This document shows positions 9,006-18,073 of a stretch of 40,871 nucleotides of DNA, piece after piece (position 1 is the stretch's first letter; each line of letters begins with the position of its first letter). A program made the position numbers and the translations under genes. Source of the stretch: a virus (lineage: Duplodnaviria; Caudoviricetes); the IMG/VR virus record IMGVR_UViG_3300010048_000021, positions 1-40,871 of that record, one strand, 5' to 3'. The notes beneath the pieces were generated by a model. The model was not told the DNA's origin, ran no database searches, and was given only the letters and a program-made list of their open reading frames with translations.

Positions 9006-9200
9006 ATGCCTGAGAAACCAACGATGACCGATGCCGAGATCGACGCCTTCGATCAGCACGCGAAGGAGAACTTCGAGCAGACCTTGAAGATGACGCAGGC
9101 GCTGCGCGAAGCCTGGAGGCCGCAGGACGCGGAGCCGAAGCCGGGCACGCCGGAGGCGGAAGCGGCGCTGAAGGACGCGATCAAGCAGGGAGCGGAGTGA
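9006..9200 (+). CDS. Hypothetical protein
   Basis: Strong SD ggagg before ATG (MPEKPTMT...). Confidence 0.6.
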   Translation: MPEKPTMTDAEIDAFDQHAKENFEQTLKMTQALREAWRPQDAEPKPGTPEAEAALKDAIKQGAE

Positions 9201-9337
9201 TGCCGTTACTGCATTTAGTGTTGCTGGCGTTCGCGTTCGTCTTGTTCGTGCTGGCCGCAGTCGGCGTGACGCATGCGCGCGTGAACCTGATGGCGCTCGG
9301 CCTCGCGTTTCTGACGCTGGCGCTTTGGCTGCACTGA
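9200..9337 (+). CDS. 45-aa two-TM membrane protein (holin candidate), absent from the ORF track
   Basis: MPLLHLVLLAFAFVLFVLAAVGVTHARVNLMALGLAFLTLALWLH; TGATG overlaps at both ends. Confidence 0.65.
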   Translation: MPLLHLVLLAFAFVLFVLAAVGVTHARVNLMALGLAFLTLALWLH

Positions 9338-10086
9338 TGACGGAAGTCTGGAGTTGCGGTGGCGGCACGCAGTCAGGTGCGATTGCGGTGCTCATCGCGC
9401 AAGGGAAGCTGCCGAAACCGGATCTGTGCTTCATGACGGACACAGGCAGAGAAAAAGCCTCGACCTGGCCGTTTGTCCAAGGATTCATCCGTCCGAATTT
9501 GCAGCGCGTCGGCCTAGATCTGACGATTATCAAGGCGACTGACTTCGCGAGCACGGACATCTTTTTTGACAACACGGTTCTGTTGCCGGGATTTACTACG
9601 CAAAGCGGTAGCGTCGGCAAACTTTCCCCCTTCTGTTCTGGGAAATGGAAGCGCGACGTTGGCGAGCGTTACATGCGCTCTATCGGAATCGAGAAGGCTC
9701 GCAACTGGATCGGCATTTCGCTCGACGAGGCGCGCCGGATACGCAACCAACACCGCCAATGGCTGCAACTCTGGTATCCGCTCATCTTCGAGGTGCCGAT
9801 GCGGCGCCACCAGTGCGTGGAACTGATTCGCGCGACCGGCTGGACGGACCACATTCCCCACTCTGCTTGCTACATGTGCCCGAACCTGGGCGATGCCGAG
9901 TGGATCGACATGCAGCGCAACTGGCCGGAAGATTTTCAGCGCGCCTGCGAGCTGGAAGCGGATGTACGCGAGAAGGATGCGCACTTCTACCTGCATCCGA
10001 GTTGCACGCCGCTAGCGCAAGTGGATTTCTATCAGCAGCACACGATGTTTGCCGAGCGCGGCTGCACGGGCGGATGCTTTACGTGA
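9337..10086 (+). CDS. PAPS reductase-like / PP-loop protein
   Basis: SCGGGTQS, DTGRE, CSGKWK, WIGISLDE, YPL, SACYMCP. Confidence 0.8.
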   Translation: MTEVWSCGGGTQSGAIAVLIAQGKLPKPDLCFMTDTGREKASTWPFVQGFIRPNLQRVGLDLTIIKATDFASTDIFFDNTVLLPGFTTQSGSVGKLSPFCSGKWKRDVGERYMRSIGIEKARNWIGISLDEARRIRNQHRQWLQLWYPLIFEVPMRRHQCVELIRATGWTDHIPHSACYMCPNLGDAEWIDMQRNWPEDFQRACELEADVREKDAHFYLHPSCTPLAQVDFYQQHTMFAERGCTGGCFT

Positions 10087-10087
10087 T

Positions 10088-10242
10088 GTGGCTGCATTGA
10101 TCTTCACCGGCGTCGTGATCTTTCTGTTCTGCGTGTGGATGCTCTACTGCCTCTCGAAGCTGTGATGCTGATCTGGATTCTCACGGGCGCGGTAGTGGCG
10201 GTGATCCTGGCCTGGTGGCTGTGGATGGTGGTGCGGTGGTGA
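10088..10242 (+). CDS. Two coupled 25-aa hydrophobic micropeptides (10088-10165, 10165-10242)
   Basis: MAALIFTGVVIFLFCVWMLYCLSKL and MLIWILTGAVVAVILAWWLWMVVRW, joined by TGATG. Confidence 0.45.
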
Positions 10243-10268
10243 AGCCCGCAAAAGAAGAAGGAAGCCCG

Positions 10269-10514
10269 CTATTTTTCCAGAAATCCCGCTACGGAGAGGT
10301 CCTCATCAATTTGCGGCCAATGAATTCCGATGCCACCGCCGATGAACTCATAGTCCTGCAGTTCTTCGGGAGTAGCGCCTGCCAGGCGCGGGAACCAGGC
10401 GAGCGGAACGGAAATTCGGCGGCCGTCCGCCAAATCGACCACGAGGGTTTCGGCGTCTTCTGGAAATTGAACGCCTATCGCCACTGGTTCCGGCTTAACC
10501 GGCAAAGTACTCAT
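10269..10514 (-). CDS. DUF2442-family protein (putative antitoxin partner)
   Basis: LADGRRISVPLAWFPRL...GIHWPQIDEDLS. Confidence 0.88.
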   Translation of the reverse strand: MSTLPVKPEPVAIGVQFPEDAETLVVDLADGRRISVPLAWFPRLAGATPEELQDYEFIGGGIGIHWPQIDEDLSVAGFLEK

Positions 10515-10731
10515 TCCACCTCTTTAAAAACGTCGGCTCGTTCTCGACAACCAGCTTGCGCAGGTTGTTTTGCGCGGCTGCGTTATAGCCTTTGCTCTGC
10601 GCAACGCGGACCGGGCGCAGCCAAAACTTCGCATATCCGCCGTACCCTTCCACGTGAATGTGTGGCGCTTCCTGTCCCTCATTGCTGAAGAAAAAGAACC
10701 GATATCCATTGATGCGTAGAACGGTGGGCAA
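10495..10731 (-). CDS. DUF4160-family protein (putative toxin partner)
   Basis: PTVLRINGYRFFFFSNEGQEAPHIHV...AKFWL...WNEYF; TTG start. Confidence 0.88.
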   Translation of the reverse strand: MPTVLRINGYRFFFFSNEGQEAPHIHVEGYGGYAKFWLRPVRVAQSKGYNAAAQNNLRKLVVENEPTFLKRWNEYFAG

Positions 10732-10867
10732 GGACTTACTTTTTTTACAGCACGGCACCGGCCAAAAGGAGAGCCCGCTCCCGGTGCGGTTCAGTGATAG
10801 CAAAGCGAGGCAGTGTCTTCTACACTGAACGCTTTCATGATAGATCAGTCGGTTTCAGAGAAATGAC

Positions 10868-11095
10868 ATGCTGCGCCGGCTGTTCCTGTTCGCTGCGCCG
10901 GCCGGATGGTTCGGATGGCGTTGGCACCTGCTAGCAAAGCACGAATGCGCGCGCGGCGGAACATTGTTGTTTTTCCTGCAAGGCGAACCGTGGAAACTGA
11001 CGGAGCGCGAGCGGGAGTTGATCGACGAGATGGCCGAGAAGATGCGGGCGCTCGAGCCGCAGAGCCTGCAGAATCGATTGCCGAAGAATCTCTAG
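10868..11095 (+). CDS. Hypothetical protein
   Basis: ORF coupled to the next small gene. Confidence 0.45.
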   Translation: MLRRLFLFAAPAGWFGWRWHLLAKHECARGGTLLFFLQGEPWKLTERERELIDEMAEKMRALEPQSLQNRLPKNL

Positions 11096-11184
11096 TGTAC
11101 GGAGACGACGCACTGTATATCGTGCTCGGCGTATTGGGCGGCCTGCTGGTGCTGCTACTGGCCGTGCTGTTGGGGATGAAGTGA
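11095..11184 (+). CDS. 29-aa single-TM micropeptide
   Basis: MYGDDALYIVLGVLGGLLVLLLAVLLGMK; coupled at both ends. Confidence 0.4.
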   Translation: MYGDDALYIVLGVLGGLLVLLLAVLLGMK

Positions 11185-12163
11185 CGAATTACGCACTGCT
11201 GTTTCACCTGGACGGCAAACTGCCGAACCTCGCAATGATGCGTCTCTCCGCGCATCTGAAGGCGCAGGGAACCGACGTTGTCTTCCGCCGCGGCGGTGAT
11301 CCGGAGCGCACGTTTTGGGAACTGGGCAACGAACCGTCAGCCGTCTATGCCTCAGCCATCTTCCAAAGCACACGGCCTGTAGCCGAGCGCTTGGCGTGCG
11401 TCTATCCGCAGGCGGTGATCGGCGGAACGGGTTACGATCTCGCGCTCACACTGGAAAGTCTTGGAGTTCAGAGTAAGACACTGGATTACTCGCTCTATCC
11501 AGACTTTCGGTTCTCACACAGCGAGGCTGCCGCCTGAAATGCTCGTTTTGTGTCGTGCCTCGAAAAGAGGGTAAGGTGCGTCAGGAAATGACTATCGCGG
11601 AGATCTGGCGCGGGGAGCCGTATCCGCGCAGTGTACTCCTGCTTGACAACGACTTCTTCGGGCAGCCTGCCTGGCGCGAGCGCATTTGCGAACTGATAGA
11701 CGGAAACTTCAAGGTTTCCTTCAACCAGGGCATCAACGCGCGATGCCTGACCGAAGAAGCCGCAGAAGCAATTGCCGCCGTCGATTATCGCGATGACTCG
11801 ATGGAGACGAAGCGCATTTACACAGCTTGGGACAATCGCGCGGATGAAGAGCGGTTGTTCGCGGGCCTGAAGCGTCTTGTCAAGTACGGCGTGAAACCGG
11901 ATCACATTATGGTCTACATGCTGGTCGGCTATTGGCCCGGTGAAACGGATGAGGACCGGCTGTACCGCCAGCAGCGCTTGCGTGATTTTGGTTGCCGTCC
12001 GTATCCGATGCCGTATGTGCGGACGCCGGAACTGGTCGGCTTTCAGCGCTGGGTGATCGGCGCTTATGACAAGCGCATTGATTGGGATGAGTTTAAGCAG
12101 GCGTCGTGGGAGCCGCGCAATCTGCCGGACTCGGCGCAATTGTCGCTCATGGCGACCGCATGA
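11181..12163 (+). pseudogene. Radical SAM protein, frameshifted near 11515
   Basis: DGKLPNLAMM...IGGTG...DYSLYP in one frame; TQRGCRLKCSFCVVPRKEG (CxxxCxxC), LLDNDF, FNQG continue in the -1 frame. Confidence 0.8.
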
Positions 12164-12173
12164 AAGGAGACCT

Positions 12174-12746
12174 ATGGCTGTATTGACTACCGATGCTCGC
12201 AACAAACTCAAGTCGAGCACCTTCGCGCTGCCTGGCTGGCGCTTCCCGATTCCGGATCGGGCGCATGCGGCGAACGCAAAGGCACGCGCCACGCAAGGCG
12301 TGAAAGCCGGTACGCTCTCGCCGGCGCAGGCTGCTACCGTGCGGCGCAAGGCCAATGCAAAGTTGGGCAATCCGGGCGTGACGCAGGATCTGAATGCGCC
12401 CGGCAACCGCAGTCCGCAGACGCCGAATCAGGAAGACATCAACAATTGGAAGTCACGACCCGTGACCACAAGGAGCAAATGGATGAGCAATTCACAAGGC
12501 AAGGGCCAGGCCGACGAGTCCGGCAACGGCAAGACCTTCAAATCGCAGCCGAAGTTCGGCGGCACCGAAGCGCCCAGCGCTTCAAAGAAGGGGCAGGTGA
12601 AGACCGGCGGCACGGTCGCGCCGGGCAAGAACTACAAAGGCATGGAGAAGCTGGGCGGCACCGGCATGGGCAACGGCGGCGGGAAGCGCTACGCCAACGG
12701 CTCGAGTTCGCACGACAACATGCGCACGATGGTGCGCGACCATTAA
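12174..12746 (+). CDS. Basic phage protein with Gly/Lys-rich tail
   Basis: RBS aaggag; RNKLKSSTFALP..RFPIPDRAHAANAKAR motif. Confidence 0.7.
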   Translation: MAVLTTDARNKLKSSTFALPGWRFPIPDRAHAANAKARATQGVKAGTLSPAQAATVRRKANAKLGNPGVTQDLNAPGNRSPQTPNQEDINNWKSRPVTTRSKWMSNSQGKGQADESGNGKTFKSQPKFGGTEAPSASKKGQVKTGGTVAPGKNYKGMEKLGGTGMGNGGGKRYANGSSSHDNMRTMVRDH

Positions 12747-12961
12747 TGCCGGCGACGTCCAAGGCGCAGCGCCGCCTCATGGCGATCGCGGAGCATGATC
12801 CGTCTGCTGTGTACGCCCGCAACAAAGGCGTGCTCGATATGACAAAAGACCAGCTCCATGATTTTGCTGCTACCAAAGAAAAGAAACTGCCGCAGAAAGT
12901 GAAGAAGAAGCCGCACGCCGCCGTTCTGGTCATTCGCAATCATGGGCGAGACAACGACTGA
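12746..12961 (+). CDS. DUF3008-like small basic protein
   Basis: MPATSKAQRRLMAIA...QLHDFAATKEKKLP. Confidence 0.7.
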   Translation: MPATSKAQRRLMAIAEHDPSAVYARNKGVLDMTKDQLHDFAATKEKKLPQKVKKKPHAAVLVIRNHGRDND

Positions 12962-13130
12962 CTGGAACGCGCTCGGCAACGCCGCCTATGATGTCTACGG
13001 CGAGATTCTCAACCACAAGACGCGGGAGCCGCTGCCCCTGCCCGAGTGGGAGGAGCTGCCGCCGCGCTATCAGGAAGCCTGGCGCGAGGTCGCCAAGGAA
13101 GTGTGCCGGCTCTATGAGGCGCAGGAATGA
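12942..13130 (+). CDS. Hypothetical protein
   Basis: AYDVY...LPEWEELP..QEAW. Confidence 0.6.
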   Translation: MGETTTDWNALGNAAYDVYGEILNHKTREPLPLPEWEELPPRYQEAWREVAKEVCRLYEAQE

Positions 13131-13309
13131 AGTCGCTCTATGCGGTGTGCGCCTGTTGCCGGCGGCTCATCCCGCTCTCCGGCTGGCGGGAAAACGGCAA
13201 TTGGTTGCTGGCGGCGCACTACGATGAGGACGGCAAGGCTTGCAGTGGTTCGCGGAAGCCGGTCGAAGGGAAAACCTTTACTCCCTACTCGCGGCGGCCG
13301 CCGCCGTAG
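13127..13309 (+). CDS. Small Zn-binding hypothetical protein
   Basis: ATGA-coupled; CACC...H...CSGS. Confidence 0.55.
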   Translation: MKSLYAVCACCRRLIPLSGWRENGNWLLAAHYDEDGKACSGSRKPVEGKTFTPYSRRPPP

Positions 13310-13325
13310 GTAACATAATGGACAG

Positions 13326-13574
13326 TTATCGGACGTAGCCTTTGTATCCAGTCGATTGCGGATGGACATTTTCCTGTGGCGTGGCTTCAGGAGTTTCTTC
13401 GAGCTTGACTAGCGTATCGCGTGCTACAAAGCCCTCAGCCGGATTCTGCGAGTCTGCCGTAGCGTAGAAACGCAGAGCCTGGATCGCAAGTTTCAGCTTG
13501 GCCTCAGAGACGGACAGTTCATATTCCAACTGCCGCATGGTCGCAGCGTAGGTCAGTCGCTTGAGATTACGCAT
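13326..13574 (-). CDS. Hypothetical protein (counter-oriented moron)
   Basis: Coiled-coil and ALRFYA motif. Confidence 0.5.
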   Translation of the reverse strand: MRNLKRLTYAATMRQLEYELSVSEAKLKLAIQALRFYATADSQNPAEGFVARDTLVKLEETPEATPQENVHPQSTGYKGYVR

Positions 13575-13765
13575 ACAGGGGCATTTCTCTCCGTTCCTAT
13601 GAAGGCTTTGGCTTCTAACCGTCTAACCCGTATTGCCAGATCGACCAGCCAGGAGGCAACATCTCCGGTGATGCCGTTGACCTGTAGCGCGCGAAATATC
13701 TCATCGCCTCGTGAGAGTTCCTCTTCGCGGGTCCACGGCTGCTCATTTTCCGTATCAGGGGGCAT
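13553..13765 (-). CDS. Hypothetical protein (counter-oriented moron)
   Basis: RBS aggag before ATG (MPPDTENEQ). Confidence 0.5.
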   Translation of the reverse strand: MPPDTENEQPWTREEELSRGDEIFRALQVNGITGDVASWLVDLAIRVRRLEAKAFIGTERNAPVCVISSD

Positions 13766-13805
13766 TTCTCCTATTCTGACTCCTGGCTCCTGACTTCTCT
13801 TCTCC

Positions 13806-15959
13806 ATGCCTGACGTAGACGATTACACCACGCTCGACATACCGGAGCAGGCGCGCCACTGCTGGCATCAGGCGATCACGGCCGAGTCGAAACTGCGCGA
13901 AGAGTTCGACAGGCGCATGCGCTTCCGCGCCGGCGACCAGTGGGAATCGAAAGACGTCAACGCGCGCGGCAAGGACCGACCGGCCATCACCGTCAACCTG
14001 CTCGAGCAGCCGGTCACCCAGGTCGTCAATTCCATGCTGCACAACCGGCCCGGCGGCAAGGTGAGTCCTGCAGACGACGATGCGACATCGGACGTGGCCG
14101 AATTCTGGCAGGGGCGCATCCGACATATTGAATATGCGTCTGACTCGCAGGTCGCTTACGGGACGTGTATCGGCTATGTGGCGGCCGGCGGACGCGGCCT
14201 GGTCGGACTCACTATAGATTATGTAGCGCCGGACTCGTTCGAACAGGAACCAAGAATCCGCACCATCGAAGACCCGGCCTGCTGGGCGCTCGATCCCAGT
14301 GCGCGCGAACCGGACGGGCGCGACATGCGCTGGGCGATCGGCAGGCAGAAATTCAGCAAGGAAGAGTTTAAACGTCGCTGGCCCGATGCTGAAGTGGCGG
14401 ATGCGTCGTTCTATACCACCGGCAACTACGACGAATGGTTCGAATCCGAAGCCGTCTGGGTGGGCGAATACTGGCGCTTGGATTATCGCAAGCGGAAGCT
14501 ACAGCGATATGCCGATGGCTCAACCGGCTTCGCGGATGATAAAGACAACCAGGGCAAGCAGGCCAGCGGAGAGTCGCGGGAAGTCGAGTATCCCTATGTC
14601 ACGCAGTACCTGATCTCAGGCATCGAAGTGCTGGACGAGACGCCCTGGCCCGGCACCCGCATTCCGATTTACGAAGTCATTGCGACGGAGTTCTATTCGG
14701 AAGGCAAGCGCGTCATCAAGTCGCTCATCTCCGACAGTATCCCGAGCCAGCAAACGTACAACTTCTCCGAGTCGTTGAAATTAGAAGCCGTCGCGCTCGC
14801 GCCGAAACCGAAATGGATCGTCACGTCGGAGCAGATTGCCGGTCATGAACAGCAATGGCGCACCGCCAATACATCGACCGATGCCACCCTGTTCTACAAC
14901 GGCATGACGGACTCGCGCGGCAATCCGGTGCCGGCGCCGACGTGGCAGGTGTTCGTGCCGCCCGTGCAGGAATTTGCGGTCGTGAGCAATGCGGCGAAAG
15001 AAGACGTAAAAAGTACCACCGGCTTCTTCGATCCGGCGCTCGGCGCACTTGATCCGCAGCGCCAGTCCGGCAAAGCGATTCTCGCATTGCAGCAGCAGAC
15101 CGGTGTCGGCGTGATTCATTTCACCGAGAACCTGGGCCGCGCGCTGAAGGCGCTCTATCAGGACGTGATCGACATTGACCGCAAGCTGCACATGAAGTTT
15201 ATCGGCAAACTGCGCTCGATTTTACCCGACGGAAAGCATGAGTTAGTCGGCGTCAACGATCAGGGTGCGCAGAAGCCGCTGCTGCTGGGCAAGGGGCGCT
15301 ATGAAGTCGTGATCTCGGTAGGACCGTCTTATCAGACGCAGCGCCAGGCCGCCGGCGACTTCATCGATACGGTGGCGAGTAACGATCCGCAGGGTTGGAT
15401 GCTGATTCGGGATATTGCCGCGAAGCTGAAGGAACCAGAGTTAGGGCACTTCGCCGATGAGATTGCCACGCGCTGGACGCCGCCTCAATTTGCGCAGCAA
15501 GACCCGAATGCGCCGCCATTGCCGCCGCAGGTGCAGCAGCAGATGGCGCTCTTGCCACAGCTCACGCAGCGCGTCAACGAACTGACGCAGGTGATACAGC
15601 AGAAGCAGGTGGAAGAGCAGGGCAAATTCGAACGCGAGATGGCCGTCGAAAAACAGAAGTACGCGACCGAAGAACTGAAGGCCGCCACGCAGATTCAGGT
15701 TGCGGAGCTCAACGCAAAGAACGATTTCTTATTGACCACGACGGAAGCCAGAGTGAAAGCGATGCTGGCCGACTTCGAAGGCGCGATCAAGTCGAGCCTG
15801 CAAGGACACAAGCAGGCGCACGAAGCAGCGATGGCAGCGCAGCAACATGCGCACGCTATGCATCAGCAGCAGGCTGCGAATGAAAACCAAATGGCACTCG
15901 CCGAAGCCGCTCCGCAAAGCCAAAACGGAGACGGCGGCGGCACCGAAGCCGAAGCCTGA
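13806..15959 (+). CDS. P22-like portal protein
   Basis: FRAGDQW, RPAITVN, DPSA..PDGRDMRW, PGTRIP, SGKAI, GRYEV...GPSYQTQR, Q-rich C-terminal barrel. Confidence 0.93.
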   Translation: MPDVDDYTTLDIPEQARHCWHQAITAESKLREEFDRRMRFRAGDQWESKDVNARGKDRPAITVNLLEQPVTQVVNSMLHNRPGGKVSPADDDATSDVAEFWQGRIRHIEYASDSQVAYGTCIGYVAAGGRGLVGLTIDYVAPDSFEQEPRIRTIEDPACWALDPSAREPDGRDMRWAIGRQKFSKEEFKRRWPDAEVADASFYTTGNYDEWFESEAVWVGEYWRLDYRKRKLQRYADGSTGFADDKDNQGKQASGESREVEYPYVTQYLISGIEVLDETPWPGTRIPIYEVIATEFYSEGKRVIKSLISDSIPSQQTYNFSESLKLEAVALAPKPKWIVTSEQIAGHEQQWRTANTSTDATLFYNGMTDSRGNPVPAPTWQVFVPPVQEFAVVSNAAKEDVKSTTGFFDPALGALDPQRQSGKAILALQQQTGVGVIHFTENLGRALKALYQDVIDIDRKLHMKFIGKLRSILPDGKHELVGVNDQGAQKPLLLGKGRYEVVISVGPSYQTQRQAAGDFIDTVASNDPQGWMLIRDIAAKLKEPELGHFADEIATRWTPPQFAQQDPNAPPLPPQVQQQMALLPQLTQRVNELTQVIQQKQVEEQGKFEREMAVEKQKYATEELKAATQIQVAELNAKNDFLLTTTEARVKAMLADFEGAIKSSLQGHKQAHEAAMAAQQHAHAMHQQQAANENQMALAEAAPQSQNGDGGGTEAEA

Positions 15960-16056
15960 GAACGGCAGCAAGGCGGTGCTGACGGCGCGCATCCACGCGC
16001 TCGTCGAACAGATTCATCACCTCAAACAGCAATTAGAAAGGAAGGAAACAAGAACT

Positions 16057-16359
16057 ATGGCAACAGCACCATTCGCATTAGGAGACATCGTGCAGTATCA
16101 ACCAGGCGACGCCATCGGAGGCGGACCGGTCGCAGCGCTTGTGATCACGGTACACGACGATCCGGCCACGCCCACCGCCGATCTGCGCGTGTTCCCCGGT
16201 TACTGCCAGGGCACGACCGATCTGCAGAAGGCGACCTATTCGGCGGACGGGCAGCCGGGCACCTTTAGCCCGAAAGGCACCGTGCCGGCGGCGGCCAAAG
16301 AGAAAGAGAAGCAGGCCAAGGCAGAAGCGAAGCACGACGTAAAACATGGCAGAGAGTAG
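16057..16359 (+). CDS. Hypothetical protein
   Basis: RBS; GDIVQY...AALVITV...DLRVF. Confidence 0.65.
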   Translation: MATAPFALGDIVQYQPGDAIGGGPVAALVITVHDDPATPTADLRVFPGYCQGTTDLQKATYSADGQPGTFSPKGTVPAAAKEKEKQAKAEAKHDVKHGRE

Positions 16360-17275
16360 TACACCCACCATCACCAACTTCGCGGAGTTCGAGGCGGCGG
16401 GCGGCCGGCTACCGCCGGAAGGCCAAGCGAAAACGGTAGAGCCCGCTACACCTGCCGAAGAAGCGCCTGCCGAGCCTGCGGAAGCGGAGCCTACCGAGCC
16501 TACAGAAGAGAAGCCGCCCGAGAAGAAAGCGAAGGCGAAGCCCAAGCTTACGCTCTCGGAAGAGCACGCGCGGCTCTTGAAGGAGGTGACGGAGCTCCGG
16601 CGCGAGCGGCGGGAGTTGCAACAACCGCCTGCGCACACTCCGCAACCACCGGCCGCCACGCCTGCTGCGGCTGACGGCGCAGCACCTATTCGTCCGAAGC
16701 TTTCGACCTTTCCCGGCACGCTCGAGGAGTACGAAGCCGAAGTCGAGAAGTACGAAACGAAGCAGCGCGCCTGGATCGAGCAGCAGTGGGAGCGCAAGCA
16801 GCAGGAGCAGCAATCGAAAGCCGAACAGCAGCGTGTCGCGAAGGAGTACGGCCAGAAGCTGCAGGAGCATCTCAAAGCGCACCCGGACTATGACCAGGAG
16901 ATCGGGCAGACGCCGCTCTCGCCGCTCATGGTCGACCTCGTACTGCAGGAAGGTCCGGCGCTCGGCCAGGCGCTCATCGACAACAAAGAGGAAGCGCAGC
17001 GTATTGCGAACCTGGCACCCGGCTACCAGATTCTCGAGATGGGGAAACTCATCGGACGCCTGAACGGCCACGGTAAAGCGCAGCAGGCCGAGCCGGAAGC
17101 AGAACCGGAGCCGGAACCGGAGCGCGTGAAGGTGCCGGCGCAACTGCGCGCGACCGGCGGATCGACGCCCTACTCGGCCTCGAAGCCCGGCTTCGGCGCG
17201 CGGAATTTCGCGGAGTATGAGAAGCTCGCCCAGAAGTACGAGCAGAAGCGACCAGGATTCAGCAGCAGGAAGTAA
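16346..17275 (+). CDS. Scaffolding protein
   Basis: Acidic/Pro-rich N-terminus, coiled-coil, HPDY, C-terminal FAEYEK; between portal and coat. Confidence 0.8.
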   Translation: MAESSTPTITNFAEFEAAGGRLPPEGQAKTVEPATPAEEAPAEPAEAEPTEPTEEKPPEKKAKAKPKLTLSEEHARLLKEVTELRRERRELQQPPAHTPQPPAATPAAADGAAPIRPKLSTFPGTLEEYEAEVEKYETKQRAWIEQQWERKQQEQQSKAEQQRVAKEYGQKLQEHLKAHPDYDQEIGQTPLSPLMVDLVLQEGPALGQALIDNKEEAQRIANLAPGYQILEMGKLIGRLNGHGKAQQAEPEAEPEPEPERVKVPAQLRATGGSTPYSASKPGFGARNFAEYEKLAQKYEQKRPGFSSRK

Positions 17276-17285
17276 GATTGCAGGG

Positions 17286-17374
17286 TAAAATGGAAGCAGA
17301 GCCACAAGTGTTGGACGCACTTATGGCCCCTGACCAAAGCAACCGCAGGAGGGTTGCATATGGCTACTCCCATT
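17286..17374 (+). promoter_or_regulatory. Nuclease-gene leader, copy 1 (-10 box, hairpin, RBS-occluding hairpin)
   Basis: TAAAAT; gccacaagtg/cacttatggc; gcaacc-gcaggag-ggttgc; ATG at 17360. 17318-17374 is identical to the reverse complement of 22123-22179. Confidence 0.85.
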
Positions 17375-17884
17375 ATCAGTCGCGGGCAGGCGATTCAGGC
17401 AGGACTGAAGCGCTACTTTACGGGCAAGCCCTGCAAGCATGGACATATTGCAGAGCGCCTCGTCAACGGTGGCTGCACAGATTGTTTCCGCGAAGCGAAT
17501 CGACGGGCCGACACGAAAGCCTACTACAAGCAGTGGGCCAAGGTAAACGCCGAAGCGCAAAAGTTATATCACGCAAATTATCGCAGCGAGAATGCTGAAA
17601 CCATTAAGCGACAGATTCGCGAATGGAAGAAAGCGCATCCTGAGCACATCACCCGACAGACAGAGAGCCGTCGAAAGCGCCTCATTAAAGATGCGGGAAG
17701 ACCGAAGCCCGATGCCTGCGAAGTCTGCGAGAAGGTTACGCCGAAGCTCTGTTATGACCATTGCCACGTCTCGGAGGAATTTCGAGGATGGCTCTGCCAG
17801 CAGTGCAATTCGGCACTCGGCATGGTGCAGGATTCACCAGAGATCTTGCGCCGCCTTGCCGCATATCTGGAACGTAAGCTATAG
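17360..17884 (+). CDS. Free-standing endonuclease VII-type HNH nuclease 1
   Basis: N-terminal RYFTGKPCKHGHIAER...CTDC; C-terminal CEVC...DHCH...FRGWLCQQCNSALG. Confidence 0.88.
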   Translation: MATPIISRGQAIQAGLKRYFTGKPCKHGHIAERLVNGGCTDCFREANRRADTKAYYKQWAKVNAEAQKLYHANYRSENAETIKRQIREWKKAHPEHITRQTESRRKRLIKDAGRPKPDACEVCEKVTPKLCYDHCHVSEEFRGWLCQQCNSALGMVQDSPEILRRLAAYLERKL

Positions 17885-18073
17885 TTGTTTCTTCAGTTTT
17901 GGCGACACTGTCAAATCGCCTCCATCCGTCAATTGTCCGCTCTCGGAAAGCGGTTCGACGGCAGTGATGACTGCCTGAACCCATTCACCCCTTAAACGTC
18001 ACAAACGGAGACATCTCAATGCTTAATCATCAAGGAGAACACCGCGGGCTGACGTCTTCTGAGGAGCGGAACA

